Source: Adineta vaga
Taxonomy: Eukaryota; Animalia; Rotifera
Assembly (NCBI GenBank): GCA_021613535.1
Contig: CP075492.1
Location: 17,174,001 to 17,238,000 of the forward strand
Reading direction: 5' to 3'
Length of the DNA stretch: 64,000 bases
The position numbers were made by a program, and so were the translations under genes. Below, in pieces: positions 50,266-63,790 of this stretch. Numbering within the stretch: position 1 is the first letter of the stretch; the number at the start of each line of letters is the position of its first letter. Below the pieces are notes generated by a model. The model had not been told where the DNA came from. It saw only the letters and a program-made list of their open reading frames with translations, and made no database searches.

Positions 50266-51071
50266 TACATTCGCATTAGAATGAAAAAAAATCACTGAAT
50301 CAAAATTATAAAAATTCGAACTATTACTGATGTATGTTATTTATGCGATGTCTTTGTCGAACAATTTTCTATCGAATCTTTTATTCTATTCTATTTCCTA
50401 GATCTTGACGAAAGTTTTAGCGAAATTCGCCTTATTTGATTCATTATATGTTGGCATTAATTTTTATTCGGAAAATTCTGTTATAATCCGATGCACGATA
50501 TGGTTATCTGATAAAAACCATCTTTTGTCATTCGATAGGGAGAAGTGAGTATGTACAATTGACGGTATTTCAATATTTAGAGACACTAGAACTATACAAG
50601 TATGGAATTTATTGAACAGCTGTGAGAGAAATTATATTGATTTAATAATAACAAAAGATCTCACAGCTAAAACGTCTATATACGATGGTACTCGATGTAC
50701 AAAGCCTACAATTTTCTTATTGTTCTCGTTTGCTGAGTATCGATTCAGTTATTCATACGACAAGAATATATTCTACTTGTATACAATTGGTTATATGATT
50801 AAGACGAATGTCTTTATTCCTTGATTGGGAACGATAAATTATTTTTCATCAAGAATCGAATAGTTTAAAACCATGTAAAACTATTTCCACTGAGAAGCAT
50901 AACAGTAATAATATATTACTCGAAAGTTCTTCGAGTTTTCACCATAGACATATACTCTCCATTTAATCGAAGCGAATCTTCTTATCTATTTACGTTCCTC
51001 GTATTTACACGGATGTTTGTCTTTTCTGGTGAGCAGTTTTATTCCTTTCTAACATAAAGAGCAAATCAAAA

Positions 51072-54000
51072 TTATAATATTCTTTTTATACGTTCCAAGT
51101 TTTTTATCATGAGTTGAAGATTGGGATGATTTGATGGTAATGATTGTTGTCCAATTTTTACAGCAATATCGTAAGAAGAAAATGCCTTCGAATAGTCACC
51201 CATACTTTGATACACAAGACCGATGTTGTTGTAGGATGAAGCCAAATGGCGGTGATTATGTGGAAGTGATTGTTGTTCAATTTCGAGAGCTTTTTCAAGA
51301 GATGAAAGTGCTTTTGGATAGTCACCCATACTTTGATACACACTACCGATGTTGTTGTAGGATGAAGCTAAATCAGGATGATTGTGTGGAAGTGATTGTT
51401 TTCGAATTTCAAAGGCTTTTTCATGAGATGAAAGTGCTTTTGGATAGTCACCCATACTGTCATATACACTGCCGATGTTGTTGTAGGATGAAGCTAAAGC
51501 AGGGTGATTATGTGGAAGAGATTGTTGTCGAATTTCGAGAGCTTTTTCATGAGATGAAAGTGCTTTTGGATAGTCACCCATACTCCTATACACAAGACCG
51601 ATGTTGTAGTAGGATGAAGCCAAATCAGGATGGTTGCGTGGAAGAGATTGTTGTTCAATTTCGAGAGCTTTTTCAAGAGATGAAAGTGCTCTTGGATAGT
51701 CACCCATACTCCTATACACAAGACCGATGTTGTAGTAGGATGAAGCCAAATCAGGATGGTTGCGTGGAAGAGATTGTTCTTGAATTGCAATGGCTTTTTC
51801 AAGAGATGAAAGTGCTTTTGGATAGTCACCCATACTCCTATACACAAGACCGATGTTGTAGTAGGATGAAGCCAAATCAGGATGGTTGCGTGGAAGAGAT
51901 TGTTCTTGAATTGCAATGGCTTTTTCATGAGATGAAAGTGCTTTTGGATAGTCACCCATACTCCTATACACAAGACCGATGTTGTAGTAGGATGAAGCCA
52001 AATCAGGATGGTTGCGTGGAAGAGATTGTTGTTCAATTTCGAGAGATTTTTCAAGAGATGAAAGTGCTCTTGGATAGTCACCCATACTGTAATATACACT
52101 ACCGATGTTGTAGTAGGATGAAGCCAAATCAGGATGGTTGCGTGGAAGAGATTGTTCTTGAATTGCAATGGCTTTTCATGAGATGAAAGTGCTTTCGGAT
52201 AGTCACCCATATTGTAATACACACTACCGATGTTGTTGTAGGATGAAGCCAACTCAGGGTGATTGTGTGAAAGTGATTGTTGTCGAATTTCAAGTGCTTT
52301 TTCAAAACAAGAAAGTGCTTTTGGATAGTCACCCATACTTTGATACACATTACCGATGTTGTTGTAGGATGAAGCCAAATGAGGATGATTGTGTGGAAGA
52401 GATTGTTGTTCAATTTCGAGAGATTTTTCAAGAGATGAAAGTGCTCTTGGATAGTCACCCATACTGTGATACACACTACCGATGTTGTTGTGGGATGAAG
52501 CGAAATGAGGATGATTGTGTGGAAGTGATTTTTGTTTAATTTCAAGTGCTTTTTCGAAAAAAGAAAGTTCTTTTGGGTAGTCACCTATACTTTTATACAC
52601 AAGACCAATGTTGTTGTAGGATGAAGCCAAATCAGGATGGTTGCGTGGAAGAGATTGTTTTCGAATTTCAAGGGCTTTTTCAAAACAAGAAAATGCTTTT
52701 GGATAGTCAACCATACTCCTATAGACAAGACCGATGTTGTTGTAGGTTGAAGCCAAATCAGGATGGTTGCGTGGAAGAGATTGTTTTCGAATTTCAAGGG
52801 CTTTTTCAAAACAAGAAAATGCTTTTGGATAGTCACCCATACTCCTATACACAAGACCGATGTTGTTGTAGGATGTAGCCAAATCAGGATGGTTGCGTGG
52901 AAGAGATTGTTGTTCAATTTCGAGAGCTTTTTCAAGAGATGAAAGTGCTCTTGGATAGTCACCCATACTGGCATACATATTACCGATGTTGTTGTAGGAT
53001 GAAGCCAAATCAGGATGATTGTGTGGAAGTGATTGTTGTTGAATTGTAAGGGCTTTTTCGCAGAATGTTGCTGCTTCTTCATATCTTCCTTGTTTGTGTC
53101 TGATGGAAAAAAGTATGTCATAAATTGAAACTCTTTCACTCGTGCTCGTTGACTGATTGAATAGCATTTCACAAATATCTTCAGCTATGCCATTTTGATT
53201 CAGATTATTCAAGACTAAACACAATCTATACCATCCTACTGAATCTGGCCAAGTCTCTTTTCTTATAGAATCAGTAAGTATACTCAGTTCTTTGTCATTA
53301 TCGCTCGTAAGTATCAAATTCACTTCTTGAAGTCTATGACTCGCATCTATTTGCTTGATATCATGAATGCGAAACACACTGTGCATAGAGAACAACACTT
53401 CATCTTCATCCTCAAAGAAACTATCATTACGAATAAAGGCAAAAGGTGATGAAGATGAATCGAAGTGAACCTTTATAACGAAGAGAATGCCTACTAAGTC
53501 AGGATTATTAACATTACTTTGAGCACGAAATAGGGGTAAATCCCGTTTCTCGCTTGTCGATAAAAAGTTATTGAAAGACATCAATCCACCTTTGGACTTT
53601 GTCATTTCACCGAAATCTGCCTTTGACAAACCTTGACCACGATAAACTATGAAGATGTGATTAGAAGAATGATTACCAAATTGTTGTTTATGTAGCTGTT
53701 CAATATGTCGATGAAGATCAGTGATGAAAAAGCCCATCCGCACAATGATATCTCCATCCATCATTCGTAATGCACCATTGAGCATTGAATACAAAGCACT
53801 TTCTCTTGTGTACCACCATATTGGTGTTTTTTGATGATATTTACCAACCAATTGATCAATGTTATCCAGTTCTTTGTCATTGTCAACAAATGCATTCGGA
53901 CAATGCTTGATAAATTCTTTAATGTGATGATCTTCAAAATCAATAGTCAATAAGATTTCTTTGATAATTTGCGTGTACATAAAAGATGGATCTAGTTGAT

Positions 54001-54508
54001 CCAACCGTTTTCCCGATGCCATGAAGCTCATGGGTATAGCGTTCTGTTCAGTTTGATCTGTTGCTTCTTTGATGGCTTGACAGAGTGATGATATATCTGT
54101 GAAGACACCTCTTATCTTTGGCCAGTCTTTCGTCCATCCTTCATATAACTGCTTCTTGTGACGAAAAATGAAAATGGAATTTAATTGACGAATATCATGA
54201 ATACAAGGTACGAGACTCTGGGCAACCGATTCAGAAATGATCATGAACACCTTTTTGTCGTCGATTTCGAGGATAAATTCAATGCATCCATCATTATCTG
54301 TGAATACGTTGATGTGATTGACAACACTTTGAAATTGTTGAATTCTATTTCGACAATCTTCATTGTTGCGATCAAAATGTTTGTCTAACCATACTGCAAC
54401 GACAGTTTGCATCTTCTGAAGTTCGATACGTCGACGTCCATCTGAAGGTTTTAAATTTTCTGTCGCTCCTTCATCACTTGGAACACTGATGAACTTTCCA
54501 GTAATCAT
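51072..54508 (-). CDS. R-S-E ADP-ribosyltransferase with about 15 tandem 42-aa TPRs; 1-nt frameshift at ~52173-52176
   Basis: PIWWYT, VYRGQ, NNFLSTS, EDEVLF; repeats HPDLASSYNNIGLVYRSMGDYPKALSSHEKALEI; T4 in place of the T5 of sister repeats. Confidence 0.9.
51100..53075 (-). repeat. 126-bp coding tandem repeat (TPR array)
   Basis: GGATAGTCACCCATAC recurs with 126-nt period. Confidence 0.92.
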
Positions 54509-55603
54509 AATCTTCGCTGAATCGAAACGTCGACACGACCGATCGCAATTGTTTCTTTTTAAAAGTACTCAGAATAGAATTAGCAGATGTGACACCTTTC
54601 AGAGGTCTCTTCCTTCTCTTTTTGAATGAATTTTGTTTTTCTTGTTCTTTTGATACTCAACGTGTTGTTTGAAGAGTAAGCGAGAATAAGACAGACGTTG
54701 CCTAGTTGCATTAAAAGAACAAAAGAAATCCAAGCAGTTTAGATTTATTTGTTGATCGACAATCATCAAGGTAGTCTGCGAACAAATGCATGTCTTTTTC
54801 TTTTTGTTTCTTTTCATGATGTTGTTTGAGAATTGAAAGTTGGAAAAAATAATGCTATAATCAGGTAAAATATGAATCACACAGTTGTTTTATATAGTTT
54901 ATGTGAATAAGAATGCTGGTAATTTACAGTGTATACGTGTGTCACTTTTAAAAAATATCTCAATGAGAAATTCAAATTATGATCGAAAGTCACTCAGATC
55001 TATTTCTTATACAGCATTAAGAGATGAAAATCGCAGATTTGTTTTAGACTATGAAATGAACGCTCCTTTTCCATGGAAGATATTCTTTTAATCATCAACC
55101 CACCCAAATTTATGGAAAATTTTAGAAAGCTCAAACATCTTATTGTTCATTTTACACTAGTTGAAAAAAATTATGAATTGTTCACCAAATATTAATAATA
55201 TTCTAGATTATAATTTAACTCAAATCGATGAAATTCAAGATTGAATAGTAGATCTCAATGACAATCATCATTCTTGTTTTAGGAAATGATCTTTTAGAAA
55301 ATGTTGAACGAATTGTTCTCTATATGTAAATTCAGAATACATTGATTTAAATCATGTAAGATTAATATCTATTCCTTTGAATATAGATAAATTATAAAAA
55401 CTTAAATAATTATTTATAAATAATAATAGATTATGACTGATATTTCGTGTACAATTTTTAACTCATCGAAATTTCAATTTTTGGATAACAGTAACAATTT
55501 ATTTTCTCTTAAACACATTGAGTCAGGTAAAGAAATATCGAAATAATATCTTCCAACAAGCCATAACTTTTTATCTTATTAATATGTCTGTGAAGAAATA
55601 AAG

Positions 55604-55661
55604 TTGAGGATGTGGGTATAAACATTCAAATAAAAGATATATTTACACATGCACGTTCTGA
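55604..55661. repeat. Intergenic palindrome P22 (eroded right arm)
   Basis: TTGAGGATGTGGGTATAAA...TTTACACATGCACGTTCTGA. Confidence 0.7.
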
Positions 55662-55795
55662 TACATCTTCGGAACATCTAACAGTACTAAGTTTAGTATG
55701 AAATTTATTCAAAATCTGCAATAGGATCGAGAAAAATTCAAAAGTTTTTATTTGAATATTTATCTTCATTCCAGTAGACATTGTATTCATGATAA

Positions 55796-56800
55796 CTAAA
55801 AGTCATTGTCAGGAGGATAACATGTATCTGATGTAGAATCATACACTTCACCCGGTGATGTGCTTTTGCTTCCACTAACGAGTACTTTACCGGACGATAA
55901 TGAAGTGGTAGTATAACCATATCGACTAAACATCCTATTTGCAACTGGTTGCCACAGACCAGATGAAATATTGTAAGTTTCACAAGTCGACAATGCCTTA
56001 TATCTGTTGAAACCACCGGTAACTAAGATATGTCCCGATGGTAATCAGTTTGCAGTATGTTTAGCGCGAGGTGATAACATATGAACAATATTAGTCCATG
56101 TATTTGAGGTGACATTGAACACTTTAGAATTGGAGCAAGATGTAACACCATGATCATAACCATCGGCTACCAACACTTTCAGAAGATAGTGAAGTTGCAT
56201 GCTATTACCTTCAATTCATCAATTTGATGAAGATATATACATTGCACTAGCTGCTATTTGATCCCACGCACATAAGCCACCTGTAATTAGCACATCATCC
56301 GTTGGTAACATTGTGGCTGTGTGCTGTGTGCGATACGAATGGAAATTATCGACTGGACTCCAAATGTTCGATGAAGAATTGAAAATATCGCCGAATCATT
56401 CACCAAAACTACCAGCTAAACGAACTTTTCCAGATTTTAGAACAGTGACATGTCCGGAACGGAAATTCATGTATTCAATGATGGATCATACAGCTCACTC
56501 TTATTTATACCACGAAGATTATTTTTATAACCTCCGGTCAATAGTATCATACTTGATAGTAGTAAAACGCCTCGATACTCAGAATGATGTGGATCTAGAG
56601 TTGGTACCACCTTCTATGTGTCAGAGGAAGAAATATAAATTGCAGCAAAAAAAGTAGGGATCTAGGAAAATATTGCATATAATTCATAGCAAAGCACAAT
56701 TTGTCGCGACTTACATAGATCATCACTATAGTTTGAGTAACTTGCACCTTCTGTTATTAAAACATCTCCATTTTGCAATTGAATAGCATCTTATTATAAC
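55796..56800 (-). pseudogene. Kelch-repeat (galactose oxidase-type) pseudogene
   Basis: TCETYNISSGLWQPVANRMFSRYGYTTTSLSSGKVLVSG; further HTATMLPTDDVLITGG-like repeats with stops. Confidence 0.7.
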
Positions 56801-57772
56801 TAACTTGAATGCACTCCTTTGAAAGATCTAAAAGGTATATATCACTAAGTTCGCCACAGAAAAAGAACGAGTCCAAAATAGGTGACGGCATCAAATCTGT
56901 CGACTTTGAATGAACAAAAAACTACGAAATAGGTGAAACTATCATTCCGACCTATTTTATAATGGCTGTATACTGTTTTACTTAAAAACACATATCAACA
57001 TCTTTTGCATGTTCTGTTTTTTAAAAGTACGTCGAAATAGTAGAGTAGAATCGAAAATAACGTAAATTAGACGACATTGATTGATAATCTCTTAAAATAC
57101 TTCGTTCATCTCTCAAAATATGGCGATATAATGTTACAACGTATAATTGATTTTATGTGTTGAAGATAATAGAACTTTTGTTTCGTTACCGATATGAGAA
57201 CCGTAGACAAGCATAGATAGTTTCGATAAGGAGAGTTTATTCATTTTCAAAGTGAAATTTCTTGTAGTATATTACTATGAATGCAAACATAATATATAGC
57301 AAACAGTGATATCATCGTTGGACTATAGCTGCGTGAGCTTCTCTCCTATAGCTCTAACAATTATGGCATCCGATTGCTTCTACTGCCGAGTTTTGTCATT
57401 TTCCCTTCCGAACAACGCAACAGTAACGTTACATTCAGTACAACATTGCCCAGTATATAATGAAAAAATATGTTCACCTAGGATGGTCTAATACTGGTAG
57501 AGATGCTTGTCCTGGTGCACTAGATAGTGTTGAGCTGTATGATCCAGTCTCGGGAAGCTGGTCGATTGAAACATTCCGTTTTGATTCTTCTCTCGTTTTC
57601 ATCAATATGTACTTTGATAAAGATTTAGACAAAAAAATTAAGAAATTATTCATGATACTCGTATTTTTTCGCCGAATGATGAAAGAAAATAAAATACCAT
57701 AATTTCTACTCTCGGCAACAGTCGCATTCTCAAGAGCTGAAGATTTTCTATACGTGTATTTGAATTATGCAG

Positions 57773-59115
57773 TTATTTCGATGTTTTTGTATAATAAGAT
57801 TTAAAAACAGAATTAAAGAGTTGTTCAAGTCGATTCATATCCACATTGACATTGTCTTGCTCATCAACTGTATTCGGTAAAATCCAGTAGGATTGATTGA
57901 GTAATTGTGATTGTATATAATAACTATAACCAACACATGGTCGAAATTGATTTGGATCAAACATCGAACAAACAATGGGTAAAGAACTTTTATTCGATTT
58001 ATAAGGCATTATTTCGATAATAGTTGTTCCAGATGGAGCAAAATTGATATTGGATAGAGCTCCACCATGTATACCAAAAATGAGACGAGCATTGGAAAAT
58101 AATTCGATTTGTTTTCCAATATGATCATCTTGTTTGGAATGATCATATTGTACATAAGTAAGTGAATGTTTTATGGCATATCTACGAAGAAGTTCAATAA
58201 CGGAATTGTCATTGAGAATCAGACGACCATGATTTTTTGCATTATTAACTGTACGTTGAACATATATTAGTAGATTTGGTTTCGATTTTGGAAGGTTTAC
58301 TAAAGACCAATACATCGCACGAGCATTTTGCCAAAGACGAGGATGAATACCTGGTGTTCGACATGGATTTATCAAAAGATGTGCACCAACTTTCATTGGA
58401 CGACTATAATGAATAATTCGATGTGATTCATTTGCACCTGTAATCATATTCAAAATCAATTGTCTATAAACATGCAGTAGAACTTACCAAGTAAATTCCA
58501 TATTTCTTTGACAGACCGATCAAATCGAATACCTTTTAAAAGCAATACTTTAGCATTCGGATATTGATCTAAATAGTGTCGAGAATGGGTCAATTTCGGT
58601 CCGATTCCATCGAGAAAATGCTGAAAACTCCAACCATCGGGTACTGTATAGATAATTGCTTGATCATAAACGACTGAAACTTGATTCTCTGATGTAAACA
58701 TTCGTCGAAGAGCTGTTTCATTATAATTATAACCGCAATCATCATCATCATAAACACCATTCTCTACTAAAGCCAGATGAATATTCAAATGTCCTTTGGA
58801 ATCATTGTAGAAGAACCCATTTGTTTCACAATTCCCATGCAAACATTGTTGTGAATATTGTCGATAATGAGTTGTATTCAAAAACCAATTACGTGTTTCA
58901 TTATCAAAAAAATTAGGTAAACCAATTGTGAACGGTTCAAGTGTAGATGAGATTTGTTTGAATTTAGAATCTTTAGATGAGAATAAATCTTCTTTTTGTC
59001 TTGAAATAGATGCATGATTTGAATACCAAAATTGAAAACAAATTTGATAAATAATAATAATTGATATAACACTAATATACACAGATTTCAATGAATGAAT
59101 TCGATAAAATTTCAT
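57773..59115 (-). CDS. Glycosyltransferase family 61 (DUF563) type II membrane protein, 1 intron
   Basis: N-terminal TM; FQHFLDG; QIELFSNARLIFGIHGGALSNINFAPSGTTIIEI; intron ~58438-58487. Confidence 0.85.
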
Positions 59116-60982
59116 CTTTGCTATCCATAAAGTAAATCGATATAAAAAGATTGATTATGATAGATCATTTCATTATTAATATACTTATTATTCGTTTAAT
59201 AATAATTATGATATGAAGAACACAAAGCTTTTACGTATTGAAAATTTAATCTTACGGACAAAGATTTTGCACCGAAAGAGTCAAAACTTTTATTAGGTTT
59301 TTCTACACCGCCCGAAACTGCCGTATGTTCAAATCACGGTTATTATTAATGGTTTATGAAAAAAAAAATTGAATTCATCATATTGATGGTATATTATTTC
59401 TAACATCTATCTGGTAATCTTTAACTTTTCTATGTTTGTAACCTATTCATTATCTTAAGACGGCACTTTAACATCTCGCTCAACTTATTAAATACTACTA
59501 TCTATTTTTTATTTATTTTCTTCTGATGAGATTCGAACTTTTTACCGAATCATTGCAATCCACTAATTCTGTTGTACTATCCGGTAATGTTCATACTAAT
59601 ATCAGATATGATGATAGTCTATCTAATCAGTGATAAACCGCGGTATCGTGCATTATGACAAAGTCTAACTATTTGAAATATTATCATAGTTCTGCCTATA
59701 TGTAGCTCTGTACGTCAAAACACATGAGAATACTACTCAATATACTTATCTTGATTTCATTAGTCGAAAAAACAGATTTGTGTCTACTTTTAACTCTGAA
59801 CTTTTACTATCTCATGAACATATTGTTACAGATGATCATCTCAACGAAAGTTGAAATTTAACGAGATTTGACACAATTTAATATTACCTTTTTGACCTTA
59901 CAAACGCGTTAAAAACTGGTCTTTTAACAGACTTTCACGCACTTTTCGTTGTTTACACTTGAAAACGAAGAGAAATGCGTGAATGTCCGTCAAAAAATAT
60001 ACTTTTGTACGCGTAACAACGTTTGTACACGCACAAAAGTGTATTTTTTCGCGTGATAAATATATGTTTTGTTGAAAAACACCAACATAAGAACGTCGTT
60101 CTTTTCTCACGAAGCACGTTTTTTATCGATTTTGTCTACCTGAGTATCTCTAAAAATGTATTCACGTCTCTTTCAAGACATAACCGTGTCCTTCAGTGAT
60201 ATCGGTTTGAATATTTTTCCGTGGAAAAACATGGAATTCTTCGAGTATTTTGCCCATCTCTGTTCCCTTTTAATTTCGAACCTCTTGGCAGTTACAAAAC
60301 AAGAAATATGATCAAATATAGGATAGATCAATATTGTATAGAGTTCACATGAATAGTGAAGCATAGCTTTGTTTTCAATTAATTTTTCTTGAAAAATCCT
60401 TGTTCGTTAAAGACTTACCAAAAAATGTTTTCAAGAGGTATTCAAGTCGCAAGCTACATATCGTATTAAAATACGATAAATACTAATTATTTAATGTAAG
60501 TCTTCTACGCAGTAACTACCAGGATAAGAAAGTATAATAAATAATACCTGTAGACTTTTTTGTCTGATGATTAATTTTATAAATACGTAACATTTAAGTG
60601 ATCAAATTCTATAATAATGTGGTGTTTGATGTTGATTTTAAAAGTAATTATTTGATACCTGTTAAAAAGAAAAAAACGTGTTCATGCATACATAACCGCC
60701 ATGACTTCACGATGCATTTAAAAAAATACAGATTTAATCCTACATATTGCATTATAATTATCACTTTGATACTTTTCAGTATGGTACTTCATCTGTTGGT
60801 TTGAATATTAAACAAAACAAGATTTTATTTCTTATCACTGAACTTTTTGGCAATGGAACGAATATTTATATATTTTCAAGTGTTCGTATGTATTGTAGAA
60901 TATCTACAACGTTTTATTCTCTTCTCGAAAAATCAATAGTCAAAACCTTTAATATGGTGTATATTAATACGACAAGTTTGTC

Positions 60983-61035
60983 TTGAGGGTGTGAGTGGGT
61001 ATACAAGAGGCTATGCTCTTAACCCACACCCTCAA
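60983..61035. repeat. Intergenic palindrome P23
   Basis: TTGAGGGTGTGAGTGGGT-ATACAAGAGGCTATGCTCTTA-ACCCACACCCTCAA. Confidence 0.92.
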
Positions 61036-61792
61036 TTAATTCTATTTGATTATTTTCATTGTAGTGATCAATTAGTTTTTGTTGATATTTTTCAAACGAT
61101 TGAATTAACTTTTAAATAAGTTAATAGAGTAGAAAATATCATCAGCTATAGATAGTCTCACTTCATACGATAAAAACTAATATTATCGAAAATCAATTCA
61201 TTTAACTCAATTACAAGTGAAAGTGCTTTTTGAAATAAAAGATCAAGATTTTCTAAGAAGAAATCAAATCAGAGATTTTAGTTATTTTATCAGAAACGAT
61301 TACTCTTTAATTCAATATGGATTTTATTTCAATTAATTTTTCAACTGATAATAATCAAAATTTTGTTGAGATTGATTGAATATGTAATTTCATTTTATTT
61401 GAACTAACTGAAAAAGTATTCTTGACTTATAATTATCAACTAGGAACTATTTTATAACTAAAACAAATGTTTCGCTGTTGTTTAACTATTAAATGTCATA
61501 CTGTAATTTGTAACAAGACCTATAGATATGAAAAGTAGAAGTAATATTTCATGATTTATCACGTATTTTGAATAACATTTCGTCCAAGATTCGTTGCCAT
61601 TTATAATACATAAGGTTGTTTTATGCTTTTTTTCTTATTCATTTTAATGATTAAATTTGATATTTGAGAAGATAATTGCTTGATGAGAGATAGAAAATGA
61701 TGTGGGAAATTGATAACCTTTTTTCAAATTAAATATCTGATATAATATAAAAACACAGTTCTTCAACAGAAAAATAAAGGTTAGTTTTAATC

Positions 61793-62537
61793 ATGGACAA
61801 TCGTCGTTTACGTTCTATCATTTTCAAACTTCGACATCGTCTCAGTAATAACGATCGAAAACGTCTTCAATTCTATCTTGGTAATCATATTTTACAAAGA
61901 ATTCAAGACTATCCGACAATTGCTGGAACTCTGAATCTTATTGGATCTCTTCTTGATAAAAATGACATTAATGATAAAGATCTCAGTTATCTAATCAATG
62001 CATTTGATGAAATTCATTGTTGTGATGCTGCAAACTTCTTGAGAGGTAAACTCATTATTTTTGTTTAAAACAGATTGCTATAATCACTATGTTTAGAGTA
62101 TCGAAACCAAAATCGTGCAAATCCATCAATACACAATCTATCAAAAAGTATGCCACCTCTCTTTTGGAACCATCCACAATCGAGTAAGTGATCAGCGAAA
62201 TCATCTGACATTCTGATTTCATATCAACTTAAATTTAGTTTCTCGTCGTTGTGATGATAAGAATTATAATGAAGCAACGATCAGACATAAGATGAAATTG
62301 CTGGAAAAATGTATCTTATTTTTCGTTCTATTATTTATGGTTATAAATACAGAATTATTATTTTTCTCTCTTTGGAACAATATTCAATTTCGTCAAATAG
62401 AAGAAGAAAATCTTCAATTTATGAAAATGATAAAAGCAATAAAAACTAAACAAAATGAGAATGCGGTAAACTTAAATCAATCGGAAAGCAAATTGGAAAA
62501 TCTCGGAAGTAAGAGTGTGCTTCACCCTTCTCTCTAA
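61793..62537 (+). CDS. Death-effector-domain protein with TM and coiled-coil segment, spliced; 3' end uncertain
   Basis: LRSIIFKLRHRLSNNDRKRLQFYL...LLDKNDINDKDLSYLINAFDEIHCCDAANFL is DED-like; two short GT-AG introns. Confidence 0.65.
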
Positions 62538-63790
62538 GAATAGGTATCATAATGATCTCACTTTGTTACCGTCGAGTCGTCTGATAGACTAACCATTCAG
62601 AAAAATAGCTTCTCCATATACATCATCATTGCCCTCAAGAGACTCTTGTTTTAGATCAACACTTCTAGAAATTTCAAAATGAATTATGAATATAGATTTA
62701 CCGTGAAAGAATTTTTTAAACAGCGGTTTTATAAAAACCTATCCGTGCTATTTTTAATTGAAAATTAAATGGAAATCCATATATCAGAGTTTCAGTTCTA
62801 ATCTCGACACATATTCGTGCAGGAAGTTCCGAGAACAGTGGATCATAATCAATTAACTTTATACCGAATAAAAATGATTGGAATTTTAATGTAGCTTGAA
62901 AGATTTGTAAGGTAGAAAAGTCGATTCAAACACATTATCATCTAGATGAACTTATTTTAATCGCTTTTTATCTTGACTTCAATCTGAAAGCATTAACTGA
63001 TCAATTTGCGATCATATTTTATTGATTGATGTGATTGTAGAGTGAAGGAAAGTCTTGTCTCTCATGTCTGATTTCGTGCAATCGAATCTAACTGTGTAAG
63101 ACATTTCAGACTTTACATTTCTCGCATGTTTGTCTAAAATATTCATCTTGAAATTGATTTTTAACTACAACGAATCATTCAAAAGTACAGCCCTTTTCTT
63201 ACTCATAATCATCTGAACGGTTAGTACCAAGAATAAATTTTCATTTAGCGATATATTATAACAAATAATCTGCAGAAACTTCTTTTCCAAACTTACGATT
63301 TCTGAAGTATAATTTTCGCTCAAGCATTAAATCAACATACCATCGTGAGTGTACTATGACGTGTCCACTAGGCCCAAAAACAATGTGTCGGACTGATATA
63401 CATTCATTGTCTGTCTATTACATGGGTGACATTGATCGAGATAAGCCCAAATCATATTTTTCGAATCCGAACGGGAAATAATGGAATAAGAGTTAAACTG
63501 CTTTGCCCAACAGCACGATTAAAACTATTGTCAGCAACTAACTTGAATTCTATCAAAATATTTCATTTTAAACGTAGAAAACTAGAATCCCGCTTTAAAA
63601 AACATGCAGATCTCGCCCTTCCCTACCCAAACGTACATAATTTGTCTCTCCATCAATAAGAAGCCTCCCATTTTCTATAGATTCCTTCCTCTGTACAGCT
63701 GAAAATTCGATAACGGATAATGACACTAAGCCAGTAAGTAATTTGTTAAACATATCATATCCTACGTATTCGCAGAGTAATCGAACCATC

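Noticed and set aside
51131-53172. Long Cys-rich antisense and alternate-frame ORFs (RCCCRMKPNQD, IWLHPTTTSV repeats)
   Set aside because: Shadows of the 126-bp TPR repeat, which lacks stops in other frames.
57500-57570. Plus-strand Kelch-like snippet GALDSVELYDPVSGSWS
   Set aside because: Only one partial repeat; at most a small remnant, not called as a gene.
59890-60130. ACGCGT/CACG-rich patch as a possible element remnant
   Set aside because: No TIRs, TSD or second copy found in the window.
6720-62640. Weaker possible arm remnants at 6720, 20117, 26341, 49528, 55098, 57724 and 62632
   Set aside because: Too short or degenerate to distinguish from chance without a profile search.
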